DNA from: Basidiobolus meristosporus CBS 931.73
Taxonomy: Eukaryota; Fungi; Basidiobolomycota
DNA length: 64,000 nt
Direction: 5' to 3'
Assembly (NCBI GenBank): GCA_002104905.1
Contig: MCFE01000345.1
Coordinates: forward strand, 1 to 64,000
This document shows positions 39,327 through 52,716 of the stretch, in pieces (position 1 is the stretch's first letter; every line of letters starts with the position of its first letter). The notes below the pieces were generated by a model. The model made no database searches and was not told where the DNA came from. It was given only the letters and a program-made list of their open reading frames with translations. The translations under genes were made by a program, and so were the position numbers.

Positions 39327-42300
39327 TGTTGTAAAAACTTGTATTTCCACCTAAATATTCACCTAACTTAGTCACTTAGATCATTATCTTCATATCCTAG
39401 AGAATACTGACCAAATTCCTTGTTGAGATTTACTTGGAATATTTTCACCAAAATACCAGGTACCCAGAACATGAAAATTCTCAAAGTTGTCCAAACAGCC
39501 CCAAACGTTGCACACATGTTCTTGGGACTTTCCTTAACATATTCTACATGTTTGTAATGCCAAGAACATGTAAAAGTATAAATACTACTTTTACATTCAA
39601 CAAACAATTAAGTGAAAATCACATAATCTACTTGTCCTCCCAATCACTTCCAATATCTCCAAGACTCTTACAACAGACTATGAGCCCCAAGCTGTCACTC
39701 TCTGCAGTGTCTGCTACTGCTATTACTAGAATTTCTCCCTCTGCTGAAAAGTTGGATGGATCTAACTACCATGTGGGGAAGGTGAAGATAAAGATGCTGC
39801 TACAAGAAAGAGGCCTTTGGGATATTGTCCTGGGAGAAGAATGCCCTCCTAAAGATGTGGGAGAGGAAGCCTCAAAGTACCAGAAGAAAGAGCAAAGTGC
39901 CTTTAACTGCATTTGCATTAATGCTAAAGACAAATTACTAATTCAATGCTCAAGAGCAAAAACAGCAAAGAATGCCTGGAAGGCATTAGAAGACACCTAC
40001 CAGTCATGTTCAGCTGCTGAGAAAATGTATCTGAGATGAAAATCCTTTACTACAAAGATGTTGCCAGGAGAAGAAATGAAAAATCTAATTAACAGAATTA
40101 CCCTGCTGGTAGATCAGATGGAATCTGTTGGCATACCAACTACTGATGAGGATGTGATAGTTACCATCCTGAATAGCCTGACAGACAGGTTTCAGGGCCT
40201 TGTATCAGCCCTAGAGTCCAGAACTGAAGATTTGACCTTAAATTACATATATGGAAGGCTCCTAGGTGAAGAATTAAGAAAATCAAGTGCCAATAAGAAG
40301 GAAGAAGAGAATGCTAATAAGCAATGATAACCAACAAAGGAGGTGCCCAAGACCTTTTGGCGGCAATAGCCACCTGTTTTGTACCTACTGCAAAAGGAAA
40401 AGACACACATCAGACCAGTGCTTCAAGAAGAAAGATAGTCAGCAGAAAAAGTCTGAATATGGAAATGCTGCAACAATTGAAGATAGACTATTCATATCTG
40501 CACTAAATATGACCACAAACAATGATTCTCAGACATGGTATATTGACTCTGGAGCATCTCAACACTTTATGCACCAAAAAGAACTTTTTACCCAATATCA
40601 AGATATTCCAATGAAGAAGGTTTTCATGGGTGACAATAGAACACTTGATGCAGTGGGAGAAGGAACTATCCAAGTAAACCTAAGAAGCAGTCAAGGAAGC
40701 CATACACTGACTCTCAAAGAAGTACCCTATGTACCAGAAATAGCCAAGAACCTACTATCTGTAAGCAAGGCCACTGCAGAAGGACTCAGTTTCAGCTTTG
40801 ACTATTCTGGATGCATAATCACAGATCAAAATGATGCCCATATTGCTTTGGGTATCAGAGATCAGAACCTATACAAGTTGACTTTTATTCCATCATATTT
40901 GGAATCCAATATAAGTAACTTAAGTGAAGAAACACCAATGCTTTGGCACAGGAGATTTAGGCACATCAATTTTTATTATTTGTGCCAAATGATCCAAGAT
41001 CAGCTAATTTCTGGAGTGAAAATTGATCCCCCAGCTAATTTGGAGCACTGTGAAGCCTGCATATATGGGAAACAAGCCAGACAACTTTTCAAGAGCTCTG
41101 GGTTAATCAAAACTAAGAAAAAATTAGATCTAATTCACTCAGATCTGTGTGGATCTATGCAAAATTTATCCTTAGGTGGGATGAAGTATGTAATCACTTT
41201 TATTGATGATTATACAAGATACACATGGGTCTATGTCATGGAGAGAAAGGAAGAAGCTTTGTCTAAGCTCAGGGAGTTTAAAGCCATGGTGGAGAGAGAA
41301 ACTGGTGAAAAAATCAAGAAAATATGCTCTGACAATGGTGGAGAATATACCTCAAAACTCTTCATCCACTTCTGCAAAATTCATGGGATAAAGCAAGAGA
41401 CAATTGTACCATACTCCCCACAGCAAAATGGAGTAGCAGAACAAGCTAACAGATCAATAATTGATATGGCAAGATCTATGATCCATGATCAAAAATTATC
41501 CTATGATCTTTGGGTGGAATCAGTTGCCACTGCTGTATATCTTAAAAATAGGAGTTATAACAGAATACTTTGTGATTCTACTCCATTTGAAGCATGGTAT
41601 AGATACAGACCAAGTGCAGAACATCTAAGAATATTTGGGTGTACAGCATATGCCAAGAAACTGGCCGGAAATCAGTCAAAATTTGAGCCAAAAAGTGTAA
41701 AATGCATATTTTTGGGCTACTGCAATCAGAGTAAAGCATAAAGACTCTACACTACCAAAGCAAAGAAGCTAATCAAGTTCAGCAATGTGTTGTTAGATGA
41801 AAATTCAAAATTTTCACAAAAAATGCCATCAGATGATGACAAAAATCTGATCTCAAGTCCGCCAATTGTCAGGATAGAATCAGAGCAAAACATTGAAAGT
41901 TTTCTTACTCCAGAGGACTCTGCAACCATGGTTCAGCTAGAATCAGTGCCCAGGAATATCCCATAGGTGATCATTCCAGTATCAAATCCCTGGAGATCCA
42001 ATTGGACAAGAAATTGCCCAAATTACAATATCAATGAGGGTACAAACTTAGCCTATGCCTATTCAGTCCATATTGATGAGCCCCAGACTGTAAAAGAGGC
42101 CCTAAATAGCCCTCAGACAAAGTTTTGGAGATCTGCAATGACTGAGGAATATCAGGCCCTGATGGAAAATCAAACTTAGGACTTAGTCAAATTACCAATC
42201 AACCAAAAATCAATTGAATGCAGATGGGTCTTCAAGACAAAATACAAGGCTGAAGGTACAATTGAAACAAGCAAAGCAAGACTTGTGGCCAAAGGATACT

Positions 42301-44094
42301 CTCAAACAAAAGGACTTGACTATACTGAGACCTTTGCACCGGTAGCCAAGCTTAATTCCATCAGATTAATATTGGCTATTGCAGCCAAATATAAGTTTTT
42401 TATTCATCAAATGGATGTAAAAGCTGCATTTTTGAATGGAGAACTTGATGAGGATGTGTATATGGACCAGCCAGATGGGTTTGTTGACCAAGATAACCCC
42501 CATTAGGTCTGCAAGCTTTAAACATCACTATATGGTCTCAAATAATCATCACCAGCCTGCAATTGCAAGATAGATTCTTATTTGGAATCTTTGAGCTTCA
42601 GGAGTAATGCTGACTATAGTATATACTATAAGCCAGATAGAGCAAATCCAGCTCTATTAGCTCTATATGCGGATGATCTTATTATAGCCACCAATAACCC
42701 AGAAACATTGGAAGAGACTAAGTCCAGCCTATCAAAGGAGTTCAAGATGTCTGATCTAGGAGAACTCAGTTACTACTTAGGGATTAAGTTCTCCATAGAC
42801 AGAAGTACCCAGACTATCACCCAAAGCCAGTCCAAGCATATTCAAGAAATACTAAAGAAGTACCAAATGGAAGACTATAAACCAGCAGCTACCCCAATGG
42901 AAACAAACCTTAACTTGGTCAAAACTTAACCATATCAAGAGAGCTTGATGCCATCTGAAAGCCCTGACTTTCCTTATCAATCTATGGTCAGCAGTCTGAT
43001 GTTTATTTTGCTTGGAACACGTCCAGATATCTCATATTCAGTGGGAGTTGTCAGCCAACATGATCAGAACTATGGATCTGATCATATTGCAGCAGTTAAG
43101 CGGATTTTTAGATACCTAAAAGGAACTGCTGATATCTGCTTAAGATACACTTATAAGGATTCAGAACAGGATCTTGTGGGATACTCTGATGCTGATTGGG
43201 GACAAAACTTGGAAGACAGAAGATCTACTACAGGAAACACCTTTCTTTACTGTAAAGGAGCAATTTCATGGAACTCAAGAAAGCAACCAACTATAGCACT
43301 TTCTACCACAGAGGCAGAGTATATGGCAGCCTGTGAAGCTACAAAAGAAGCAATGTGGTTAAGAAAGCTGCTTACAGATTTAGGCCTATGTCAAAAAATG
43401 CCTATTACCTTATTTCAAGATAATCAAGGATGTATACAAGCAATGTGGTTAAGAAAGCTGCTTACAGATTTAGGCCTATGTCAAAAAATGCCTATTACCT
43501 TATTTCAAGATAATCAAGGATGTATACAATTAGGTAGAAATCCAACTTTTCATGCTAGACCAAGCACATAGATATTAGACATCATTTCATATGTGAAGCT
43601 ATAGAGAATAACTTAGTTAGCTTAGTTTACTGTTCTACAGAGGAAATGATTGCAGACATATTTACCAAACCATTAGCTAAAGACAAGTTTGAATATCTTA
43701 GGTCAAAATTAGGACTAGTTGGTATGAACATTTAGCTGAGTGGGAGTGTTGTAAAAGTTTGTAATTCCACATAAATATTCACCTAACTTAGTCACTTAGA
43801 TCATCATCTTCATATCCTAGAGAATACTGACCAAATTCCTTGTTGAGATTTACTTAGAATATTTTCACCAAAATACCAGGTACCCAGAACATGAAAATTC
43901 TCAAAGTTGTCTCAACAGCCCCAAAATTTGCACACATCTTCTTGGGACCTTCCTTAACCTACTCTATGTGTTTGTAATGCCAAGACCAGGTAAAGTATAT
44001 ATACTACTTTTACATTCAATAAACAATTAAGTGAAAATCACAAAATCCACTTGTACTCCCAATCACTTCCAATATCTCCAAGACTCTTACAACA
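39327..44094 (+). mobile_element. Full-length Ty1/Copia LTR retrotransposon A, pseudogenised
   Basis: LTRs at 39327-39675 and 43747-44094 (TG...CA; ~25 differences in ~349 bp by eye); TSD CTTGG on both sides; PPT AGCTGAGTGGGAG. Domain order gag (zinc knuckle CTYCKRKRH), protease WYIDSGASQH, integrase LIHSDLCG...SDNGGEY, RT LYADDL, RNase H GYSDADWG. Several stops and frameshifts. Confidence 0.97.
43351..43529 (+). repeat. In-frame 90-bp tandem duplication in the RNase H of Copia A
   Basis: CAATGTGGTTAAGAAAGCTG...GGATGTATACAA occurs at 43351 and 43441 (AMWLRKLLTDLGLCQKMPITLFQDNQGCIQ twice); single copy in element B. Confidence 0.95.
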
Positions 44095-44504
44095 CTTGGT
44101 TGCCACCACTTTTGCCATGAATACCTCCTGAGTATCTACCAAGAGCTTTTTGGTTATGAATTAATATATTGCTTTTCCCTGCTGAATGCTAGTCCCCCTT
44201 ATACTTGCACTCTGGCTCTTGTTTATGTAAATTCTGTATTGAATGGTGTTGAAACTGACTTGTGACCAGGAGAAACCCTGCATAGATTGGTAAAGTTGAC
44301 CTATTAGAAAATATTTGCTTGTTGCACCCTACCCAGCTTTACATTACTTAACTGCTTACCCACTCATTTGGGCTGCTTAGCTTCTTAATGCTAAAGGCAT
44401 AATGTCTCCATGTGTACATTTGCCCTCAGTATTTTCCAACTCCTCCTGGCTGTCTGCCATATACCAACTCATCAAATCCATGACAGACTTGTAATAGTCT
44501 AGAT

Positions 44505-44853
44505 TGTTGTAAAAGCTTGTAATTCCACCTAAATATTCACCTAACTTGGTCACTTAGATCATTACCTTCAAATCCTAGAGAATACTAGCCAAATTCCTTG
44601 TTGGGATTTACTTAGAATTTTTTCACCAAAATATCAGGTACCCAGATCATGAAGATTGTCAAAGTTGTCCAAACAGCCCCAACCTTTGCACACATGTTCT
44701 TGGGACCTTCTGTAATCTATTCTATGTGCTTGAAATGCCAAGACCATGTAAAAGTATAAATACTACTTTTACATTCAATAAATCATTAAGTGAAAACCAC
44801 ATAATCTACTTGTTCTCCCAATCACATCCAATATCTCCAAGACTCATACAACA
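44505..44853 (+). mobile_element. Solo Copia LTR (family A) inserted in the copy-2 transposase region
   Basis: TGTTGTAAAAG...CATACAACA, 349 bp; flanks TAGAT/ATGAT (possibly a decayed TSD). Confidence 0.88.
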
Positions 44854-46573
44854 ATGATGACATTGGGATATGGTAGTATTTGCAACTCAACTTGTTTTTC
44901 TATCTCCCCACACATCTGCTCAATTGGAAGCTCCTAAAAGGTTAAGCAAGGCCCAATATTTTCCACACACCAAGCAAGATGGAGTGGAGAATGGATACAA
45001 GATGGAGTAGAGGTGGATACAGTAGCAGCAGAGATCTATACATTTGAATTTGTGCTTGTAGTATAGCAACTCAAATTCCATTACAAACTCCTTGCATAAA
45101 AGATGTAGATGCATCAAGTAGGTATTAGTGATCCACTTAGGGATTAATATTTCTACAATGTCAACAGATGACTCCCAATGCTTCCAATGTACTCTTGGTG
45201 AAAATGGCTTCAGAAGGCCACAGGAATAAATACAAATCCAGCTCATCCAGTCCTTGCACTTGTACCATTGCATATGTGTATGAATATTGATTGGTGCCTG
45301 TGAGAAGCACATCAAATAGCAGATACCCTGTAATATTGTAACAATTTATTCAAATTTTGTTGGCATCTCAATGGACTCAATCAGCTTGAAATGCCCCATG
45401 TGTAACATGGTCATTAGTACAGGCATATTGTTGAGAAGCAAATGCATTGCTCTCAGTGGAAAGCTTTTTCTCCAACAGATATTTGCTATATCAAGTATCT
45501 CAGGTTTCTAGTTAACTCCATATTCTAATTGGTGGCTTAAACCTTGCCAACTTGGCTGCAATTGTATGCTGACTTCAGCACATTCCCTCTGTGGGAAGAT
45601 GATGCTCTTAGCGTTGATGTTTGTATAATAATAATGTGTGTGAATTATGGAGTAAATCCCCTGGATCTTGCACATGCAATAGCAATACTGTCCACTGTGC
45701 CCAGAAAAGCCAGCTATTTTGCTGATGGCTGGAGTATCTCCAATGTATATAATAATATATGCTTTGAAATGATGGCACTTAGTAGTATCCTGCTTTAAGC
45801 ATACAAAATTCACCCAGCAATGGGTACAGGTGCCTGTCCATGCTGAATGGTAATTTAGGCCCAGATACCAGTGAGACTACCATCAGATCTCTACTCTAAC
45901 ACTGTAAGATAGGCTGCAGACAAAGGTTGATGAGAATCAGTGTCCAGCAGGATTTACTTTCAGAGTACTGTTTAATGAAAATCCATCAAGTGCCTAGGCA
46001 AAGGCATGATCATACATACCTGCAAAGTAGTCATTGATTCTTGGTTGTTGTAATGTTTGCCATCAAATAATTGTAAATGTTTGCACTTGATTGATACTGA
46101 GGGCACTATTTTAGAGCATTGCAATATTTGTTGGACTGCAAAAGCTTCTGTAGATAGGTACCTCTGGAATATATCCTGAGCATAAACAATGTTTTTCTTC
46201 AATGGAGGTGGATTCCTGACATATCAGACACCTTGCAATGGTAAAATTTTCTAATGTGAGTGCCATGCAACTGTCAACACATGCCAGTATTAGTACAGTC
46301 TCTGGGTAATATGTTGCCTGCCACATGACATTGTCTATTTGTACCATGTACATGATAGGATGCATACTGGAATGTGTTTGGCAAGCAGTAATAGTAAGTT
46401 CTCAAAGTCCCTGTTACTGATATTTGTGGAAATATGTGACTTCTCCAGCTACAACATATCATTCACCAGTAGATGGATTATTGGGATCTCTTAGATGAAT
46501 AAAGTATCCTTGGTACTTGTTTTTATGTGTGTTGTCTCATTGCATGTTGGGATTTAGCCTGGCTAATGCAGGG

Positions 46574-46945
46574 TGTGGGTTATTACTGACTGTACTTGGT
46601 GAGTGGGAGAGCTTGTAGGTCAAGTCAGTACCACTTGGTTCAGAATAGCTTCCAATAGAAGGTGGCAAGGTAATAAAGACTTGTGCTTATTCTGTCCAAA
46701 TCATCTTGTTCTCTCACTTGGCTTAATTGGATATATATGTCACTTGGAGGGCTTAGATAATAGACAATGTGTTATATAATAGGGGTGGGAACACCTTCCT
46801 GCTATGGTAAGTGCTCTAACTAGATAAGGGCAGGAATAGGAGGGAGGACCAGTGGGGGAATCATAGGGAGGATACTGGGGGACTTTGGGTAGGACTCTGG
46901 GGAGAACTCTTGGGCAAAGAGTGGGTACTACATTTAGTACTCACA
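46574..46945. mobile_element. 372-bp solo-LTR-like insertion of a second, unrelated family
   Basis: TGTGGG...CTCACA termini with a perfect 5-bp TSD CAGGG; absent from the homologous segment of copy 3 (~55800-55850). Confidence 0.75.
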
Positions 46946-47923
46946 CAGGGTACTGTTGTTACGGGAGATATGCTTAAAATCCAACAGTGAGCCTTCTTCT
47001 TCAGAGTTATCATTATGTGAGTCATATTCAGAAGGCTGAGGTGTGCCAAAGGACAGCACAAGCGCACGTGACTCAGTTTGTGCTAGGTGACAAGTACAGC
47101 AAGGTACCAATATAGAAGTATTCAGTGGCTGGCAAAATATTGTCAGTACAGAAGTGACTGATGAATGCTTAAATATAATTTATGTGCAAAAAACTGTCTG
47201 TGATACTTGTAATGCTTTCTATGCTGTCGGCAGGCTTCATGGCTAAGAGGCTTGTCACAATAGACATATGGTCTTTTTTCCCTTCTCTTATGGTGTTGAA
47301 TCAAAGTAGTCTTCTCCATGGGGCAAACAGTCTGATACTCAACAAATCAATGCTATTATATCATTTTTTGTCAATACTCATTTGAACTTAAGACAGTCAT
47401 GTATTTGAGACACTTTACCTATAAGAATGTAAGATTCAATGATGACCCACCATAGTAAGCATTATAGATATGGTTGTGGCATCCCATACACATGAATATA
47501 TAGCACTATTTCCCCTTTAGTTTGACTAACCTCCATATATATTATGCCAAAAAATAGTGCAAAGTTGTCTGGTTTCCAACCACACCCCACTATTGACAGC
47601 AGCAGAAGAATGGTTGGACAACAGCTTGCTTTGACATTCAGTGCAACAGGCACCCTATGGAAAATTATTGAAATGATCCCATCAAAAGGCCGTCACAAAG
47701 CTAAAGTCCCATGACTAAGAGGTACTGATCCTCTCAGGACACAATCCAGAGACCATTGAAAAATAACTGCACCCCAGATTTCACAAAAAACTTTGTCAAA
47801 ATTTCTCATCACAACAATGCATAAGTGGCTTTTGATTGATTCCCTGCCAATTAGCTCACTTTCTAATCCTGGAAACTCTATCACCTCCTATGTCTGTGTG
47901 CATTGATTGGCTATTGCCTCTTT

Positions 47924-50900
47924 TGTTGTAAGAGTCTTAGAGATACTGGAAATGATTGGGAGGACAAGTAGATTATGTGGCTTTCACTTAATGATTCATT
48001 GAATGTAAAAGTAGTATTTATACTTTTACCTGGTCTTGGCATTACACACACATAGAATAGATTAAGGAAGGTCCCAAGAACATGTGTGCAAAGCTTGGGG
48101 CTGTTTGGATAACTTTGAGAATTTTCATGTTCTGGGTACCTGGTATTTTGGTGAAAATATTCTAAGTAGATCCCAACAAGGAATTTGGTCAGTATTCTCC
48201 AGGATTTGCAGGTAATGATCTAAGTGACTAAGTTAGGTGAATAATTAGGTAGATATACAAATTTTTACAAAACTCCCACTCAGCTAAATGTTCATACTGA
48301 CTAGTCCTAACTTTGACCTAAGATATTCAAACTTGTCTTTAGCTAATGGTTTGGTAAATATGTCTGCAATCATTTCATCTGTAGGACAGTAAACTAAGCT
48401 AACTAAGCTATTCTCTATAGCTTCACGTATGAAATGATGTCTAATATATATGTGCTTGGTTCTAGCATGAAAAGTTGGATTTCTACCTAATTGTATACAT
48501 CCTTGATTATCTTGAAATAAGGTAATAGGCATTTTTTGACATAGGCCTAAATCTGTAAGCAGCTTTCTTAACCACATTGCTTCTTTTGTAGCTTCACAGG
48601 CTGCCATATACTCTGCCTCTGTGGTGGAAAGTGCTATGGTTGGTTGCTTTCTTGAATTCCATGAAATTGCTCCTTTACAGTAAGGAAAGGTGTATGCTGT
48701 GGTGAATCTTCTGTCTTCTAAATTTTGTCCCCAATCAGCATCAGAGTATCCCACAAGATCCTGTTCTGCATCCTTATAAGTGTATCTTAAGCAAATATCA
48801 GCAGTTCCTTTTAGGTATCTAAAAATCCGCTTAACTGCTGCAATATGATCAGATCCATAGTTCTGATTATGTTGGCTGACAACTCCCACTGAATATGAGA
48901 TATCTGGACATGTTCCAAGCAAAATAAGCATCAGACTGCTGACCATAGATTGATAAGGAAAGTCAGGGCTTTCAGATGGCACCAAGCTCACTTGATTTGG
49001 TTGAGTTTTGACCAAGTTAAGGTTTGTCTCCATTGGGGTAGCTGCTGGTTTACAGTCTTCCACTTTGTACTTCTTTAGTATATCTTGAATACACTTGGAT
49101 TGGCTTAGGGTAATAGTCTGGGTACTTCTGTCTATGGAGAACTTAATCCCTAAGTGGTAACTAAGTTCTCCTAGATCGGACATCTTGAACTCCTTGGATA
49201 GGCTGGATTTAGTCTCTTCCAATGTTTCTAGGTTATTGGTGGCTATAATAAGATCATCCACATATAGAGCTAATAGAACTGGATTTGCTCTATCTGGCTT
49301 ATAGTTTATACTATGGTCAGCGTTACTTCTTTTGAAACTCAAAGATTCCAAATAAGAATCTATCTTGCAATTCCAGGCTCTTGGTGATTGTTTGAGACCA
49401 TATATTGACTTTTTAAGCTTGCAGACCAAATGGGGGTTATCTTGGTCAACAAACCCATCAGGCTGGTCCATATACACATCCTCATCAAGTTCTCCATTTA
49501 AAAATGCAGTTTCACATCCATTTGATGAATAAAAAACTTATATTTGGCTGCAATAGCCAATATTAATCTGATGGAATTAAGCTTGGCTGCCAGTGCAAAG
49601 ATCTCAGTATAGTCAAGTCCTTTTGTTTGAGAGTATCCTTTGGCCACAAGTCTTGCTTTGTGTGTTTCAATTGTACCATCAGCCTTGTATTTTGTCTTGA
49701 AGACCCATCTGCATCCAATTGATTTTTGGTTGATTAGGAATTTGACTAAGTCCCAAGTTTGATTTTCCATCAGTGCCTGATATTCCTCAGTCATTGCAGA
49801 TCTCCAAAACTTTGTCTGAGGGCTATTTAGGGCCTCTTTTACAGTCTGGGGCTCATCAATATGGACTGAATCGGCATAGGCTAAGTTTGTACCCTCATTG
49901 ATATAGTAATTTGGCCTATTTCTTGTCTGATTTGATCTCCAGGCATTTGATAATGGAATGATCACTTCTGGGATATTCCTGGGCACTGATTCTGGCTGAA
50001 CCACGGTTGTAGAGTCCTCTGGAGTGAAAAAATTTTCATTTTTTGCTCTGACTCAATCCTGACAATTGGTGGACTTGAGATCAAATTTTTGTCATCATCT
50101 GATGTGATTTTTTGTGAAAATTTTGGATTTTCATCAGACAACACATCCCTGGACTTGATCAGCTTCTTTGCTTTGGTATTGTAGAGTCTGTATGCCTTAC
50201 TCTCATTGCAGTAGCCCAAAAATATGCATTTTACATTTTTTAGCTCAAATTTTGACTGATTTCTGGCCAGTTTTTTGGCATATACTGTACACCCAAATAT
50301 TCTTAGATGTTCTGCACTTGCTCTGTATCCATACCATGCTTCAAGTGGAGTAGAATCACAAAGTATTCTGTTATAATACTTATTTTTAAGATATACAGCA
50401 GTGGCAACTGATTCCGCCCAAAAATCATAGGATAATTTTTGATCATGGATCATAGATCTTGCCATATCAATTATTGATCTGTTAGCATGTTCTGCTACTC
50501 TATTTTGCTGTGGGGAGTATGATACAGTGGTCTCTTGCTTTATCCCATGAATTTTGCACAAGTGGATGAAGTGTTTTGTGGTATTTTCTCCACCATTGTC
50601 AGAGCGTATTTTCTTGATTTTTCAACAGTTTCTCTCTCCAGCATGGCTTTAAACTCCCTGAACTTAGACAGAGCTTCTTCCTTTCTCTCCATGAAGTATA
50701 CCCATGTGTATCTTGTATAATCATCAATAAAAGTGATTAAATACTTCATCCCGCCTAAGGATAAATTTTGCATAGGTCCACACAGATCTGAGTGAATTAG
50801 ATCTAATTTTTTCTTAGTTTTGATTGAACCAGAGCTCTTGAACAGTTGTCTGGCTTGTTTCTCATATATGCAGGCTTCACAGTGCTCCAAACTAGCTGGG

Positions 50901-52604
50901 GTATCAATTTTCACTCCAGAAATTAGCTGATCTTTGATCATTTTACGCAAATAATCAAAATTGATGTGCCCAAATCTCCTGTGCCAAAGCATTGGTGTTT
51001 CTTCACTTAAGTTACTTATATTGGCTTCCAGATATGATGGAATATAAGTCAACTTGTATAGACTCTGATCTCTGATGCCCAAAGCAATATGGGCACCATT
51101 TTGATCAGTGATCCTGCATCCAGAATTGTCAAAACTGAAACTGAGTCCTTCTGCTGTGGCCTTGCTTACAGAGAGTAGGTTCTTGGCTATTTCTGGTACA
51201 TAGAGTACTTCTTTAGAGGTCAGTGTATGTCTTCCTTCACTGCTTTAAGGTTTACATGGATAGTTCCTTCTCCCACTTCATCAAGTGTTCTATTGTTAAC
51301 CATGAGAACCTTGTTAATTGGAATTTCTTGATATTGGGTAAAAAGTTCTTTTTGGTGTGTAAAGTGTTGAGAAGCTCCAGAGTCAATATACCATGTCAGA
51401 GAATCCTTGTTTGTGGTCATATTTAGTGCAGATATGAATATTCTATCTTCGGTTGTTGCAGCATTTCCATATTCAGGCTTCTTTTGCTGATAATCTCTCT
51501 TTTTGAGACACCGGTCTGATGTGTGTCCTTTCCTTTTGCAGTAGTTGCAAAATAGGTTGCTGTTACCTTTGTAGGGTCTTGGGTACCTCCTTTGTTGGTT
51601 ATCATTGCTTATTAAAGCATTTTCTTCTTCCTTCTTATTGGTGCTTGATTTTCTTAATTTTTCATCCAGGAGCCTTCCATATACATAATTTAAGGTCAAA
51701 TCTTCAGTTCTGGACTCTAGGGCTGAGACAAGGCCCTGAAGCTTGTCTGTCAGGCTATTCAGGATGGTAACTATCACATCCTTGTCAGTAGTTGGTATGC
51801 CAACAGATTCCATCTGATCTACCAGCAGGGTAATTCTGTTAATTAGTTTTTTCATTTCTTCTCCTGGCAGCATCTTTGTAGTAAAGAATTTTTGTCTCAG
51901 ATACATTTCCTTGGCAGCTGAACATGACTGGTAGGTGTCTTCCAATGCTTTCCAGGCATTCTTTGCCGTTTTTGCTCTTGAGCATTGAATTAACAAGTTG
52001 TCCTTGACATTGAGGTAAATGCAGTTAAAGGCACTTTGTTCTTTCTTCTGGTACTTTAAGGCTTCCTCTCCCACGTTTTTAGGAGGGCATTCTTCTCCCA
52101 TGACAATATCCCAAAGGCCTCTTTCTTGTAGCAGCATCTTCATCTTCACCTTCCACACTTGGTAGTTAGAGCCATCCAACTTTTCAGCAGAGGGAAAAAT
52201 TCCAGTAGTAGCAGTAGTAGACATTGCAGAGAGTGACAGCTTGGGGCTCATAACCTGTTGTAAGAGTCTTGGAGATATTGGAAGTGATTGGGAGGACAAG
52301 TAGATTATGTGGTTTTCACTTAATGATTTATTGAATGTAAAAGTAGTATTTATACTTTTACCTGGTCTTGGCATTACAAACACGTAGAATAGGTTAAGGA
52401 AGGTCTCAAGAACATGTGTGCAAAGTTTGGGGCTGTTTGGACAACTTTGAGAATTTTCATGTTCTGGGTACCTGGTATTTTGGTGAAAATATTCTAAGTA
52501 AATCCCGACAAGGAATTTGGTCAGTATTCTCTAGGATATGAAGGTAACAATCTAAGTGACTAAGTTAGGTGAATATTTAGGTGGAAATACAAATTTTTAC
52601 ATCA
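47924..52604 (-). mobile_element. Full-length Ty1/Copia LTR retrotransposon B (same family as A), pseudogenised
   Basis: LTRs at 52256-52604 and 47924-48272 (~23 differences in 349 bp by eye); TSD TCTTT on both sides; PBS GGTTATGAGCCC; gag-PR (387-aa ORF), IN, RT LYVDDL, RNase H; frameshifted. Confidence 0.97.
52244..52255 (-). promoter_or_regulatory. Primer-binding site complementary to the tRNA-iMet anticodon stem-loop (half-tRNA priming)
   Basis: GGTTATGAGCCC lies directly after the 5' LTR and is the reverse complement of the yeast tRNA-iMet segment GGGCUCAUAACC. The copy in element A (39676-39687) reads GACTATGAGCCC. Confidence 0.85.
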
Positions 52605-52716
52605 TCTTTTTCACACTCTTTACTTCCTGATAACCATTTCTCTTACTTTTCATGCATACAAATTGCTGTATTTCCTTCAAACTTCAGCTGTACCCCAATT
52701 GCCAATTGTATTGACC

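Noticed and set aside
39434-39679. Open frame running through the LTR into gag (also in element B)
   Set aside because: Its start codons lie upstream of the LTR TATA box, so they are unlikely to be on the mRNA; sharing between copies reflects common descent.
46545-46986. Apparent TGTTGG...CCAACA LTR boundaries
   Set aside because: Both motifs align to host CMC sequence in copy 3 and there is no TSD; the real insert is 46574-46945.
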